Below are positions 40,169 through 50,706 of a stretch of DNA of 64,000 bases, in pieces. Where the stretch lies: NCBI GenBank assembly GCA_963843225.1, contig CAWJJT010000009.1, forward strand, positions 62,916-126,915, read 5' to 3'. Positions within the stretch are counted from its first letter, which is position 1. The number at the start of each line of letters is the position of its first letter. The position numbers and the translations under genes are program-made. Origin of the DNA: an uncultured Alphaproteobacteria bacterium (GTDB taxonomy: Bacteria; Pseudomonadota; Alphaproteobacteria; Rhizobiales; Xanthobacteraceae). Under the pieces are notes generated by a model. That model ran no database searches, was not told the DNA's origin, and saw only the letters and a list, made by a program, of their open reading frames with translations.

Positions 40169-41598
40169 TCAGGACGGCCGAAAGCCCATGCGGAACGCGC
40201 CCCAATGGCGGCCGTGGACGTGGATCGGCGAGGAGAGGTCCTTCATCAGCACGAAATTGCCGCCGCCCATGTCGCGCCGGTAGGTCTGCAGCAGAAACGG
40301 CTTGGTGTTGGCCGCGACCTTCTTCACCGCGCGATCGTTGAACAGCCGCCGGTTGCGGCAATTGGCGTTGTTCCAGACCGGGTCCTTGCCCTGCGGCAGC
40401 CGATAGTTCGGATTGTGGGTCGGAAGATATCCGCCTTTGGCCCAGGCGACGCAGAACACGATGCGCGGATCGATCTTCTGGATCGGATCCTGGATCGGCG
40501 GGCAGGATGCGGTCGGTGAACTCGACATAGTCGGTGAGATATTGCTTGGGGTCGGTGCCCGGGATCTCGCGGTAGTTCTCGTCCATCAACTGGTCGAGGC
40601 GGATGTCGCCGCGCACGATCGCGCTCTCGAACGCCGCCGAAATCTGTTTGGCGGTATCGACCACGACGCGGATCAGCGGCGCATCCGACGTCTCCACGCC
40701 GCTGTCGGCGATCAGTTCGATCAGCCCCTCGGAAAGGTCGAGCAGCTTGGCGACCCTGTCGTCGGCGCTGCTTCAGGTCGGTCGAGGACAGATCGACGCC
40801 CTTGGCGAGGTCGTCGAGTTCGTCGATCACCATGTCGCAATGCGCGAGGTTGGAGGTGGCCGCCTTCGCCACCCCGTCGATCTCGCGGCCGACCGCGGTA
40901 AAGCCGTCCTGCACGCGGACGATGATGCCCTGGATCTGCTGGGCGCCTTCGCCGGCGTTCTTGGCCCGCAACGAGGCGTCGCCGCTCTCGCCGATCAGGC
41001 TGCCGACCTGGCCGTCGAGATCGCGAACGGTATCGCCGATCAGATGCGTGGCCTGGCGCGTCGCTTCGGCAAGGCTCTTCACCTCGCTGGCGACCACCGC
41101 GAAACCACTGCCGGCGGCGCCGGCGCGGGCGGCCTCGATGGTCGCGTTCAGCGCCAGCAGGTTGGTCTGCTTGGCGATCGCCTCGATCGAGCCGGACACC
41201 TTGGCGACCTGCGCGAGCGCGGTGCCGACCGCGCCGAGGCGTTGCTCGATGCGTCCGACCGCCTCGATCAGTTCGGCGATGTGCTGGACCGCGGTTTCGA
41301 CCGCGGTGCGCGATTGGGTGATCTCATCGACCGCGGAGGTCGTGGCCGACTGCACCGCCTGCGAAGCGCTGGCGATGTCGTGATTGGCGGAAACCATGGT
41401 CTCGGCGGTTCTTTGCAGATGTCCGAACCGATCGGACTGGTTGGAGACGCGGCCCGCGACCTCCTGCAGGTTTCCGGCCACGTCGGCCAGCTCGACGCCG
41501 AGGCCGCCGATCCGGTTCGCCAATTGATCGACCAGGCGCTCGCTGTCCGAGGGGACGGCCGCAGCGCGTTCCGGTTTGATGGGCTGCACGACCGACAT
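40169..41598 (-). CDS. Soluble methyl-accepting chemotaxis protein with C-terminal putative sensor domain (frameshifts near 40770, 40500)
   Basis: [20 protein letters not shown]...[12 protein letters not shown]; no TM; C-terminal [12 protein letters not shown]...NRRLFND...YRRDMG...HWGAFR. Confidence 0.88.
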
Positions 41599-41659
41599 CA
41601 CTGCATTCCCTTTGCTGCGTGAACTCGAAAGCGGTCCAAATCTGTTGACCTTTTATAGC

Positions 41660-43424
41660 TCAAAGCTTGTACGCGGTGCGGAAGCCGCCCCAGTGCCGGC
41701 CGTTGACGCGGATCGGCACGTCGATCTCGCGCATCATGACGGTTTTGCCGTTGCCCATGTCGCGGGCGTAGCTCTGGATCAGGTAGGAGCGCTGATTGCG
41801 GCCGGCGGCGAGGCCGGCGGGATCGTTGAAGATGCGGCGGTTGCGGCTGTTGGCGGTGTTCCAGGCCACATCGCCGGGGCGTTGCGGATGCGAGTAGATC
41901 TTGTTGTGCACCGGCAGGTAGCCGTTGCGGTCGATCATCGACGCAGAACACCATGCGCGGATCCTTGACGAGGAACGTTTCCTGGAACGGCGGCAAGCGC
42001 GCGATCGGCCCAGTCGAGAATCCTGGTGCGATGCTGCACCGGATCGGTGCCGGGGATCTCGACGTAGTTCTCGTCGAACATGTCGTCGATCGAGATGGCG
42101 CGGCTGTTGACCGCGTCCTCGAATATCTTGGTCAGCGCCGTGCCGGCTTCCATGGCGCGGGTGACGAATTCGGTATTCTCATCGCGGATCGTCCACAATC
42201 TGTCTTCGATCTTCTCGCTCAAGACGGCATCCGGCGCCTCGAACCGCGCCTGCGCGCCGGCCTTCGCGTGCTCGGTGATGCGGATCCGGCAGTCGCCGAT
42301 GCCGTCGAGTGTCGGCGTCCAGGCTTTGGTTCAGCGGCAGCCGCCCGGCGTCCGCTCCGGAGATCAGGATGCCTTCCATGGAAAGTTCGTAGACCGCGGC
42401 GATGACCGGGCCGTGGGCCGTCGGGATTTCGATTTTGAGGTTGCAGGGCAGCCGTTCGCGCTTGCGGCGGTCCTCGCGTCCGTCCTGGCCCAGCAGCACC
42501 GCGCAGCGGGTTTTGAGTTTCTGCGCGAAACTGGTGACGGCCTTGCCGGCGGAGGCGACCTGCTCGCCGTGGGCCTCGGCCTCCCTCGCCGCGCTGTCGA
42601 TCTCGGCGGCGCTGTCGCCGACCGATGCGATGAAGTGCGAGGTGGAAGCGACGTTTTCACCCATCGCGTGGGTGGTTGCGTTCTGCTCGGCCACCGCGCC
42701 GTTGACGTTTTCGAACACCGGGCGGATCGCCTCGATCGCCAGCGCGATCCGGTGCACCGCGTCGACCGAGCCCGCGGCATCATTCTGCAGCGCGTCGATC
42801 TTCTTGGTGATCTCTTCGGTGGCGTGCTGGGTCTGCACCGCGAGCGCCTTGACCTCGGTGGCGACGACGGCAAAGCCGCGTCCCGGCGGCGCCGGCGCGC
42901 GCCGCCTCGATGGTGGAGTTGAGCGCCAGCAGCGTGGTCTGCCGGGCGATCTGCGCGATCAGGTTGACGACGTTGCCGATGGCGGCCGAGGATTCGCGCA
43001 GCCGGTCCACATTGGCGCTGGCCTCGCGCGCGGCGGCGCTGGCCTGATCGGCAAGCTGGCTCGCGTCGCGGACCTGGGAGCCGATGCCTTCGGCCGAATG
43101 GGTGAATTTGTCGGCGGCCTGCGAAAAGCTGGTCGCGGTCGACTGCGCGGCGCTGGTGCGCCCGGTGAGGGCATCGGTGCGCTGGCGAATGATGGAGAGC
43201 GTCGCGGCCGTCGCCTCGGCGCCGCCGGCGACCGAATGGGCAGCGCGTTCGAGCTGGCGGATCATGGCGCCCAGTTCGAGTTCGAGCAGTTCGAGGATTT
43301 CCCTGGCCGAATCGCGTTCCGAGGCGCTTGCCGCGTCCTCCACAGCCGGGGGCTGTAGAGGTTGTGGCGTGGCGACCGCCGCAGCCGCTTCCTGCGGACG
43401 CTTTCGAGACAAACCGAACGCCAT
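41660..43424 (-). CDS. Soluble methyl-accepting chemotaxis protein with PilZ and C-terminal putative sensor domain (about 4 frameshifts)
   Basis: [20 protein letters not shown]; PilZ-like RKRER...ELSMEG; C-terminal YVEIPGTDPVQH...NRRIFND...YARDMG...HWGGFR. Confidence 0.85.
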
Positions 43425-43481
43425 GGACCTCTCTTGCGAGCTTGCAATGGGGCGGTCATCTTGGCATTTGGGCGTGAAATC

Positions 43482-43489
43482 ATGGTTAA
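43482..43489 (-). promoter_or_regulatory. CtrA half-site (TTAACCAT) upstream of the MCP pair
   Basis: ATGGTTAA on the + strand, about 58 nt upstream of the MCP start. Confidence 0.45.
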
Positions 43490-43627
43490 GAATTGCCTCA
43501 TATCGAGGCAACGGACCCTACCAAAATACCGAAAATGCCCGTAAATCTTTGATTTTGGCCGATTCCCGGCCTATAACGCCGCGCCTTCCATCCCAGACAT
43601 CCCGGACGAATCCCCGAAAGAAACCGC

Positions 43628-44375
43628 ATGGCCGGACATTCCCAATTCAAGAACATCATGCATCGCAAGGGGCGGCAGGACGCCCAGAAGTCGAAGCTGT
43701 TCGGCAAGCTGGCGCGCGAAATCACGGTCGCGGCCAAGATGGGCCAGCCCGACCCCGCCATGAATGCGCGTCTGCGCGCGGCGATCATCTCCGCCCGCCA
43801 GGAGAACATGTCCAAGGACTCGATCGAGCGCGCGATCAAGAAGGCAAGCGGCGGCGACGGCGAGAACTACGACGAGATCCGTTACGAGGGCTACGGCCCC
43901 GGCGGCGTCGCGGTCATCGTCGAGGCGCTGACCGACAACCGCAATCGCGCCGCCTCCGACATCCGCTCCTTCTTCACCAAGTCCGGCGGCAATCTCGGCG
44001 AAACCAATTCGGTCGCCTTCATGTTCGACCGCACCGGCATCATCGAATACGACGCCAAGGTCGGCGTCCGACGACGCCATGCTGGATGCCGCGATCGAGG
44101 CCGGCGCCGACGACGTGACGTCGAGCGAAAGCGGCCACGAGATCTACGCCTCGCAGGAGACGTTTCGCGAGGTGGCGAAGGCGCTGGAAGCCAAATTCGG
44201 CGAACCACGCAAGGCGGCGCTGACCTGGAAGCCGCACAACACGGTGCCGGTCGACGACGAGACCGGCGAGAAGCTGTTGAAGCTGATCGATCTGTTGAAC
44301 GAGCATGACGACGTCCAGAATGTCTACGCCAATTTCGAGGTGTCGGACGCGCTGATGGCGAAGATGGGCGGGTAG
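43628..44375 (+). CDS. yebC: YebC/PmpR family protein (frameshift near 44065)
   Basis: [42 protein letters not shown]. Confidence 0.95.
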
Positions 44376-44388
44376 GGTCCCACACCCC

Positions 44389-44478
44389 CGTCATTGCCGG
44401 GCCTGACCCGGCAATCCAGCTTACTTCGCAGAGACTCTTCCGAAGATGATGGATGCGCGGGTCAAGCCCGCGCATGAC
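44389..44478. repeat. REP/RIME-like intergenic palindromic element
   Basis: CGTCATTGCCGGGCCTGACCCGGCAATCCA ... TGGATGCGCGGGTCAAGCCCGCGCATGAC. Confidence 0.8.
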
Positions 44479-44554
44479 AAATTCGGGCGGCTTTGGCGGG
44501 GTATGACGTTCTGTTTCTGTTTCGCTCGGACTGGTCCGGCGTTATCACTACCCC

Positions 44555-45082
44555 ATGACACCTCCGCCGATTCGCCATCCCGTCCGTATCCTCGGCATCG
44601 ATCCGGGCCTGCGCCGCACCGGCTGGGGCGTGATCGAGATCGACGGCAACCGGCTCACGTTCATCGGCTGCGGTTCGGTGGAACCGTCGGACAGCCTGCC
44701 GCTGGCGAGCCGGCTGCTCGCGATTCATGAGGGGCTTGCCGCCGTGCTCGGCGATTTCAAGCCCGCGGAAGCCGCGGTCGAACAGACCTTCGTCAACAAG
44801 GACGGCGTCGCCACGCTGAAACTCGGCCAGGCCCGCGGGGTCGCCATGCTGGCGCCGGCGATGTTCGGCATCTCGGTCGCGGAATATGCGCCGAACCAGG
44901 TGAAGAAGACCGTGGTCGGCGCCGGCCATGCCGACAAGAACCAGATCATGGTGATGCTCAAGATCCTGCTGCCGAAGGCCGAGCCGAAATCTCCCGATGC
45001 CGCCGACGCGCTGGCGATCGCCATCACGCACGCGCATCATCGCGACAGCGCCGCCCTGCGGCTGAGGGTGGTCGAGGTATGA
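44555..45082 (+). CDS. ruvC: Holliday junction resolvase RuvC
   Basis: [39 protein letters not shown]. Confidence 0.97.
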   Translation: MTPPPIRHPVRILGIDPGLRRTGWGVIEIDGNRLTFIGCGSVEPSDSLPLASRLLAIHEGLAAVLGDFKPAEAAVEQTFVNKDGVATLKLGQARGVAMLAPAMFGISVAEYAPNQVKKTVVGAGHADKNQIMVMLKILLPKAEPKSPDAADALAIAITHAHHRDSAALRLRVVEV

Positions 45083-45693
45083 TCGGCAAGCTCAAGGGCC
45101 TGATCGATTCCTACGGCGAGGATTTCGTCATCCTCGACGTCGGCGGCGTCGGCTATCAGGTGCATTGTTCGACGCGCACGCTGCAGGCGCTGCCGTCGCC
45201 CGGCGAGGCCGCGGTGCTGTCGATCGAAACTTACGTGCGCGAAGACCAGATCAAACTGTTCGGCTTCCGCAGCGACATCGAGCGCGAATGGTTTCGCCTG
45301 CTGCAGACCGTGCAGGGCGTCGGCGCCAAGGTGGCGCTCGCGGTGCTCAGCACCCTGCCGCCGGCCGATCTCGCCAATGCGATCGCGCTGCGCGACAAGG
45401 CCGCGGTGCGCGCACGCCGGGCGTCGGCCCGAAGGTCGCCGAGCGCATCGTCACCGAATTGAAGGACAAGGCGCCGGCCTTCGCCAATGTCGATCCGGCG
45501 GTGGTGCATCTCTCCGGTGCGATCGACGACCACCGCGCGCCGCGCCCGGTGACGGATGCGATCTCGGCGCTGGTCAATCTCGGCTACGGCCAGCCGCAGG
45601 CGGCCGCCGCGATCGCCTCGGCGTCGCGCAGCCGGTGAGAACGCCGAGACCGCGCAACTGATCAGGTTGGGCCTGAAGGAACTGGCGAAGTGA
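45079..45693 (+). CDS. ruvA: Holliday junction branch migration protein RuvA (frameshifts near 45410, 45632)
   Basis: [45 protein letters not shown]. Confidence 0.95.
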
Positions 45694-46742
45694 CCACGCC
45701 CTCCCGCATCGTCACGCCCGAGCGCCGCGGCGACGATGTCGGCGACACCGCGCTGCGTCCGCAGTTGCTGAGCGAATTCGTCGGCCAGGCGCAGGCGCGC
45801 ACGAATCTCTCGATCTTCATCGAGGCCGCGCGCAAGCGCGGCGAGGCGCTCGATCACGTGCTGTTCGTCGGCCCCCCCGGCCTCGGCAAGACCACGCTGG
45901 CGCAGATCGTGGCGCGCGAACTCGGCGTCGGCTTCCGCGCCACGTCCGGCCCGGTGATCGCCAAGGCCGGCGATCTCGCCGCGCTGCTCACCAATCTCGA
46001 AGAGCGCGACGTGCTGTTCATCGACGAAATCCATCGCCTCAGCCCGGCGGTCGAGGAAGTGCTCTATCCCGCGATGGAGGATTTCCAGCTCGACCTCATC
46101 ATCGGCGAGGGGCCGGCGGCGCGCTCGGTGAAGATCGAGCTGGCAAAGTTCACGCTGGTCGGCGCGACCACGCGCGCGGGCCTGCTGACCAATCCGCTGC
46201 GCGACCGCTTCGGCATTCCGGTGCGGCTGAATTTCTACACCGAGGAAGAGCTGGAAAAGATCGTCACCCGCGGCGCCCGCGTGCTCAAGATCGGCATGAC
46301 GCCGGACGGCGCCAACGAGATCGCGCGCCGCGCCCGCGGCACGCCGCGCATCGCCGGACGGCTGTTGCGGCGGGTGCGCGATTTTGCTTCCGCCGCGGAT
46401 GCCAGCTCGATCGACCGCGGGATCGCCGACCATGCGCTGAGCGCGCTGGAGGTCGATGCCGCCGGCCTCGATGCCATGGACCGCCGCTATCTCACGACCA
46501 TCGCGATGAACTACGGCGGCGGCCCGGTCGGCGTGGAAACCATGGCGGCGGCGCTGTCGGAGCCGCGCGACGCCATCGAGGACATCATCGAGCCGTTTCT
46601 GATCCAGTGCGGCTATCTGCAGCGCACCCCGCGCGGACGGCTGCTGACCTCGCATGCCTTCCGCCATCTCGGCCTCGCCGAGCCCGCGCGCGATCCGGCG
46701 CAGTTCGGTCTGTTCGGGCAAAGCGACGAGGACGAGCCGTGA
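45690..46742 (+). CDS. ruvB: Holliday junction DNA helicase RuvB
   Basis: [38 protein letters not shown]. Confidence 0.98.
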   Translation: MTTPSRIVTPERRGDDVGDTALRPQLLSEFVGQAQARTNLSIFIEAARKRGEALDHVLFVGPPGLGKTTLAQIVARELGVGFRATSGPVIAKAGDLAALLTNLEERDVLFIDEIHRLSPAVEEVLYPAMEDFQLDLIIGEGPAARSVKIELAKFTLVGATTRAGLLTNPLRDRFGIPVRLNFYTEEELEKIVTRGARVLKIGMTPDGANEIARRARGTPRIAGRLLRRVRDFASAADASSIDRGIADHALSALEVDAAGLDAMDRRYLTTIAMNYGGGPVGVETMAAALSEPRDAIEDIIEPFLIQCGYLQRTPRGRLLTSHAFRHLGLAEPARDPAQFGLFGQSDEDEP

Positions 46743-46759
46743 TCGATGCCGGTCCGCCG

Positions 46760-47203
46760 ATGACGGCTCATCTCGACGGCGAGATCCGCGATGGCCGCCA
46801 TCACATGCAGATCCGCGTCTTCTATGAGGACACGGATTTTTCCGGCATCGTCTATCACGCCAATTATCTGCGCTTCATGGAACGCGGCCGCACCAATCAT
46901 CTGCGGCTGATGGGCGCCGAGCAGCATGCGCTGTTTGCGGAAGCGCAGGCGGAAACGCCGGGTTTTGCGTTCGTGGTGCGGTCGATGCAGATCGATTATC
47001 TGAAGCCCGCGCGCATGGACGATGTGCTCGACGTGGTGACCTGGCCGGTCGCGGTGAAGGGCGCTTCGATCACGCTGGCGCAGGAAGTCCGGCGCGGCCA
47101 CGATCTCCTGGTCAAGGCCGAGGTGCGCGTCGCCTTCATCAGCGAGGGCCGGGCGCAACCGATCCCGAAAGCGCTGCGCACGCTGTTGAAGGCCGATCTA
47201 TAG
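46760..47203 (+). CDS. ybgC: Tol-Pal-associated acyl-CoA thioesterase
   Basis: RVFYEDTDFSGIVYHANYLRFMERGR hotdog motif; follows ruvB. Confidence 0.92.
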   Translation: MTAHLDGEIRDGRHHMQIRVFYEDTDFSGIVYHANYLRFMERGRTNHLRLMGAEQHALFAEAQAETPGFAFVVRSMQIDYLKPARMDDVLDVVTWPVAVKGASITLAQEVRRGHDLLVKAEVRVAFISEGRAQPIPKALRTLLKADL

Positions 47204-47317
47204 CGTCGATCGGGTTTTCAAATCGCCCGATCGGATTCAAGCCTCCGACGATCGGCTGATCGACTTATCCGGTCGAGGCAATAAAGTTGCAATGTTTCCC
47301 AACCCACCGAGGCCATC

Positions 47318-47786
47318 ATGTCGCGTCCCCCGCTGCCACCGTTCACCAGAGAAACCGCCGCGCAGAAGGCGCGCATGGCCGAAGACGCCTGGAATTCCAG
47401 GGATCCGGAGAAAGTTTCGCTGGCCTATACCGAGGACAGCCGCTGGCGTAACCGTTCGGAGTTTCTCGAAGGCCGCGCGGCGATCGTCAAATTCCTCACC
47501 CGCAAATGGGAGAAGGAACTCGACTATCGCCTGATCAAGGATCTCTGGGCATTCGACCGGCAATTTCATCGCGGTGCGATTTCAGTACGAGTGGCATGAT
47601 GCCGCCGGGCAATGGCATCGCTCCTACGGCAACGAGCAGTGGGAGTTCGACGAGAACGGCCTGATGCGCCGCCGCGAAGCCAGCATCAACGACATCGACA
47701 TCGCCGAAAAGGACCGCCGCTTTCGCTGGCCGGCGCCGGGACCGCGGCCGGCGGATGTTCCGGGATTGGGCACAAGCCCGCTTTGA
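47318..47786 (+). CDS. DUF1348 / NTF2-like protein (frameshift near 47560)
   Basis: [50 protein letters not shown]. Confidence 0.9.
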
Positions 47787-47850
47787 AATTGTCGATCGAC
47801 CCCGGCATCGCCGCCGCGCAAGCAGTGACGATGCCGTTGAGAGGTGATGC

Positions 47851-48495
47851 TTACGCCGCCGCCTTACGGCGCGCGAGTTCGGCCTGGTACAGTTTGAATT
47901 CCTCGGCCAATGCCCTCGCGATGCTCGGCCGCGCGCGATGGCGTTCGTAGTAGGCCTTCACGGCCGGCCATTTGGCGAGTTCGATCGGCGGCGTTGCCAT
48001 GGTCCAGTTGATGACGGTGACGAGATAGGCGTCGGCGACGCTGAAATGGTCGAGCAGGAATTCGCGGCCTTGCAGATAGGTTTCGAGATAGTCGAGCCGG
48101 GAGAGGCCCCTGCCGAGCACATAGGTCTTCATTTCCGGCGGCGCGTTTCTGTCGAGCACCGGCACGAACAATCCCTTGTGCAGTTCGGTGCCGATGAAGC
48201 AGAGCCATTGATGCAGGCGGCTGCGTTCGATGCCCGGTCCCGTGGCGATGCCGGCCTGCGGAAAATGATCGGCGACATATTGCAGGATCGCGGCGTTCTC
48301 GGTCAGCACCAGCCCGTCGTCGGTGCGCAGCGTCGGCACCAGCCCGAGCGGGTTCACCTCGCGAAAATTCGAGCCGTCGTTCTGCACCACCTTGGTCCTG
48401 GAATCGACTTCGAGATAATTGGCCTCGGCGCCGGCCTCGTAGAGCGCGATGCGGGTCGCCATCGAACAGGCGAGCGGAGAGAAATAAAGGTCCAT
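47851..48495 (-). CDS. Glutathione S-transferase (beta-class-like)
   Basis: LYFSPLACS, NPLGLVP, LTENAAI, TELHK, FSVADAYL. Confidence 0.92.
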   Translation of the reverse strand: MDLYFSPLACSMATRIALYEAGAEANYLEVDSRTKVVQNDGSNFREVNPLGLVPTLRTDDGLVLTENAAILQYVADHFPQAGIATGPGIERSRLHQWLCFIGTELHKGLFVPVLDRNAPPEMKTYVLGRGLSRLDYLETYLQGREFLLDHFSVADAYLVTVINWTMATPPIELAKWPAVKAYYERHRARPSIARALAEEFKLYQAELARRKAAA

Positions 48496-48513
48496 CGTTG
48501 CCTCCCTGGTTGA

Positions 48514-48576
48514 TTTTTATACTGTTCCGCATAATATAACTCGCGTCAAGGAATAAATTGCGAGATGGTACAAAAA
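48514..48576. promoter_or_regulatory. Divergent GST/TetR promoter region with two weakly related inverted operator-like sites
   Basis: Reverse complement of 48514-48534 (TTATGCGGAACAGTATAAAAA) resembles 48556-48576 (AATTGCGAGATGGTACAAAAA), 13/21. Confidence 0.3.
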
Positions 48577-49215
48577 AGTAAGAAGCCGGCGGGAAAACCT
48601 GATGCGCCCTCTCCCAGAGGCCGCGGCCGGCCGCGCGCCTACGAGCCCGAGATCGCGCTCGGCAAGGCGCTCGATCTTTTTCGCAAGGATGGATTTGCCG
48701 CGACGTCGCTCGACGATCTCAGCGCCGCCACCGGCATGAACCGGCCAAGCCTCTATGGCGCCTTCGGCGACAAGCGCGAGCTCTACATCAAGAGCTATGC
48801 GCGCTACCGCACCGATGCGCGCGCGGCGATGCAGGAAATTTTCCGGGAGGAGATGCCGATCCGCAAACGGCTGGCGCGCATCTACGCGGTGGCGCTCGAT
48901 ATCTATCTCTCCGGCGAGGCCGGTCCGCGCGGCTGCTTCACGGTGATGACCGCGGGCTCGGAAGCGGTGGCCGATCCGGAAATCCGCGCCATGGTGCTGG
49001 AAGGCTTGTCCGAACTCGACAAGGCGTTCGCCGCCTGCTTCCGGCTCGCAAAGGAGAAGGGCGAGCTGCCTGCGTCAGCCGATCCCGTGGTGCTGGCGCA
49101 ACTGGCGTCGGCCACCATCCACACCATCGCCATTCGCGCCCGCGCCCAGGTGCCGCGCAAGGAGCTGGAAGCCATCGTCAAGGGCGCCATTGATGTGATG
49201 GTCGGGCCGGCTTAG
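48565..49215 (+). CDS. TetR/AcrR family transcriptional regulator
   Basis: RGRPR, GFAATSLDDLSAATGMNRPSLYGAFGDK, RGCF. Confidence 0.93.
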   Translation: MVQKSKKPAGKPDAPSPRGRGRPRAYEPEIALGKALDLFRKDGFAATSLDDLSAATGMNRPSLYGAFGDKRELYIKSYARYRTDARAAMQEIFREEMPIRKRLARIYAVALDIYLSGEAGPRGCFTVMTAGSEAVADPEIRAMVLEGLSELDKAFAACFRLAKEKGELPASADPVVLAQLASATIHTIAIRARAQVPRKELEAIVKGAIDVMVGPA

Positions 49216-49238
49216 CAGGGAATGACGGCGAAGGACCG

Positions 49239-50203
49239 TTAATACCCTCGCGCGGGATCGACGACGTTTTCGAGCACGCCACCCGCTTCAAAGCGCGCGA
49301 TCTGGCTGGCGACGTATTTCGAGATCTCGTCCGGATCGGTATCGGCGGCGTTGTGCGGCGTCAGCACGACCTTCGGATGGCTCCAGAACGGGCTTTCGGC
49401 CGGCAGCGGCTCCTGCGCGAAAACGTCCAGTGACGCCGCGCCCAGCGTGCCGTCATCGAGACAGCCGAGAATGTCCGGCTCGTTCTGCAATCCGCCGCGC
49501 CCGGCATTGATCAGGACCGGCGCGCCCATCGGGCTGTTGCGGTTGAGCTTTGCGAATAATCCGCGGTTGAGGATGTGTCGGGTGTCGGCCGTGAGCGGCA
49601 GCAGGCAGACCAGGATATCGGTCTGCCCGAGAAACGCATCGAGCTGCCCGCCGCCGTGAAAGCACGTGATGCCGCCGATCGCCTTCGGGCTGCGGCTCCA
49701 TCCGGAGACGCGAAAGCCGAGATGCCGCAGCGCCAGCGCGGCGTTCGCGCCCAGCGTGCCCAAGCCCATGATCCCGACCGAAACCGCGTTTGCGGGCCAT
49801 TGGAATTTCGGCGCCCAGCGCCTCTCGCGCTGGCTGGCGCGCAAATAAAGCTCCTGCCGGTGATGCATCAGCACATGCAGGACGACGTATTCGGTCATTC
49901 GGCCGGTGAGGTCGCCGACCGCGACGCGAACCAGCGGCACTTTCGGCAGGCCGGGTCCGCCATCAGCGCATCGACGCCGGCGCCCAGATTGAAGATCACC
50001 CGAAGCTTCGGGAACCCCGCCAGTTCGCCCGGGCCGGGCTTCCAGACCGCGGCGTATTGAATATCGGCGGGATCGAATCCAGTGGCCGGCCACTGGATGA
50101 CGCGCCGATCCCCGCACACCTCGTCGAAGCGCTGCTTCCACCGCTGCGGCGACCAGTTTTCGGTGCCGCCGTGAATCAGCAGAGCGAGCGCGCCTTTATT
50201 CAT
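49239..50203 (-). CDS. ghrA: Glyoxylate/hydroxypyruvate reductase A (frameshift near 49950)
   Basis: GAGVD, MTEY, GIMGLGTLG, LLPLT, INAGRG, LDVF, TPH. Confidence 0.88.
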
Positions 50204-50285
50204 CGGATTTCTTGACCTCGGCGATTTGGAATCGGGAGGGAACACTACCGGCTAGCGTTTGCCGTGCAAAATACTTCCGCTATCC

Positions 50286-50312
50286 TGTCGGAAACCCGGC
50301 CGCTCATTCGTC
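50286..50312 (+). promoter_or_regulatory. ECF42-type promoter 1 (TGTCG-N16-TTCGTC) for the yciI-ECF operon
   Basis: TGTCG GAAACCCGGCCGCTCA TTCGTC. Confidence 0.8.
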
Positions 50313-50337
50313 CTCGATCAAAAGGGAACCCCTTCGC

Positions 50338-50706
50338 ATGCTCTACGCCATCCTTTGCTATCACGACGAGGACCTCGTCGGCTCCTGGACCAAGGAGCAG
50401 GATACCGCGGTGATCAAGAAGCTTGCCGTCGTGCAGGACAGACTGGCCAAGCAGGGCCGGCTCGGGCCCGTGGCGCGGCTGTTGCCGACGACATCGGCGA
50501 CCACGCTGCGCAAGGACGATCCGCCGGTCGTGCTCGACGGTCCCTATGCCGAGACCAAGGAGCAGTTGCTCGGGTTCTACCTTGTCGACTGCAACAATCT
50601 CGACGAGGCGGTCGACGTCGCGCGCGATCTCGGCGCGGCCAATCCCGGTGGCGCCTACGAGATCCGGCCCGTCGGGCTGTATCAGCCCGGAGAGGTGACG
50701 AGATGA
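50338..50706 (+). CDS. YciI/DGPF family protein
   Basis: DGPYAETKEQLLGFY, YEIRP. Confidence 0.92.
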   Translation: MLYAILCYHDEDLVGSWTKEQDTAVIKKLAVVQDRLAKQGRLGPVARLLPTTSATTLRKDDPPVVLDGPYAETKEQLLGFYLVDCNNLDEAVDVARDLGAANPGGAYEIRPVGLYQPGEVTR

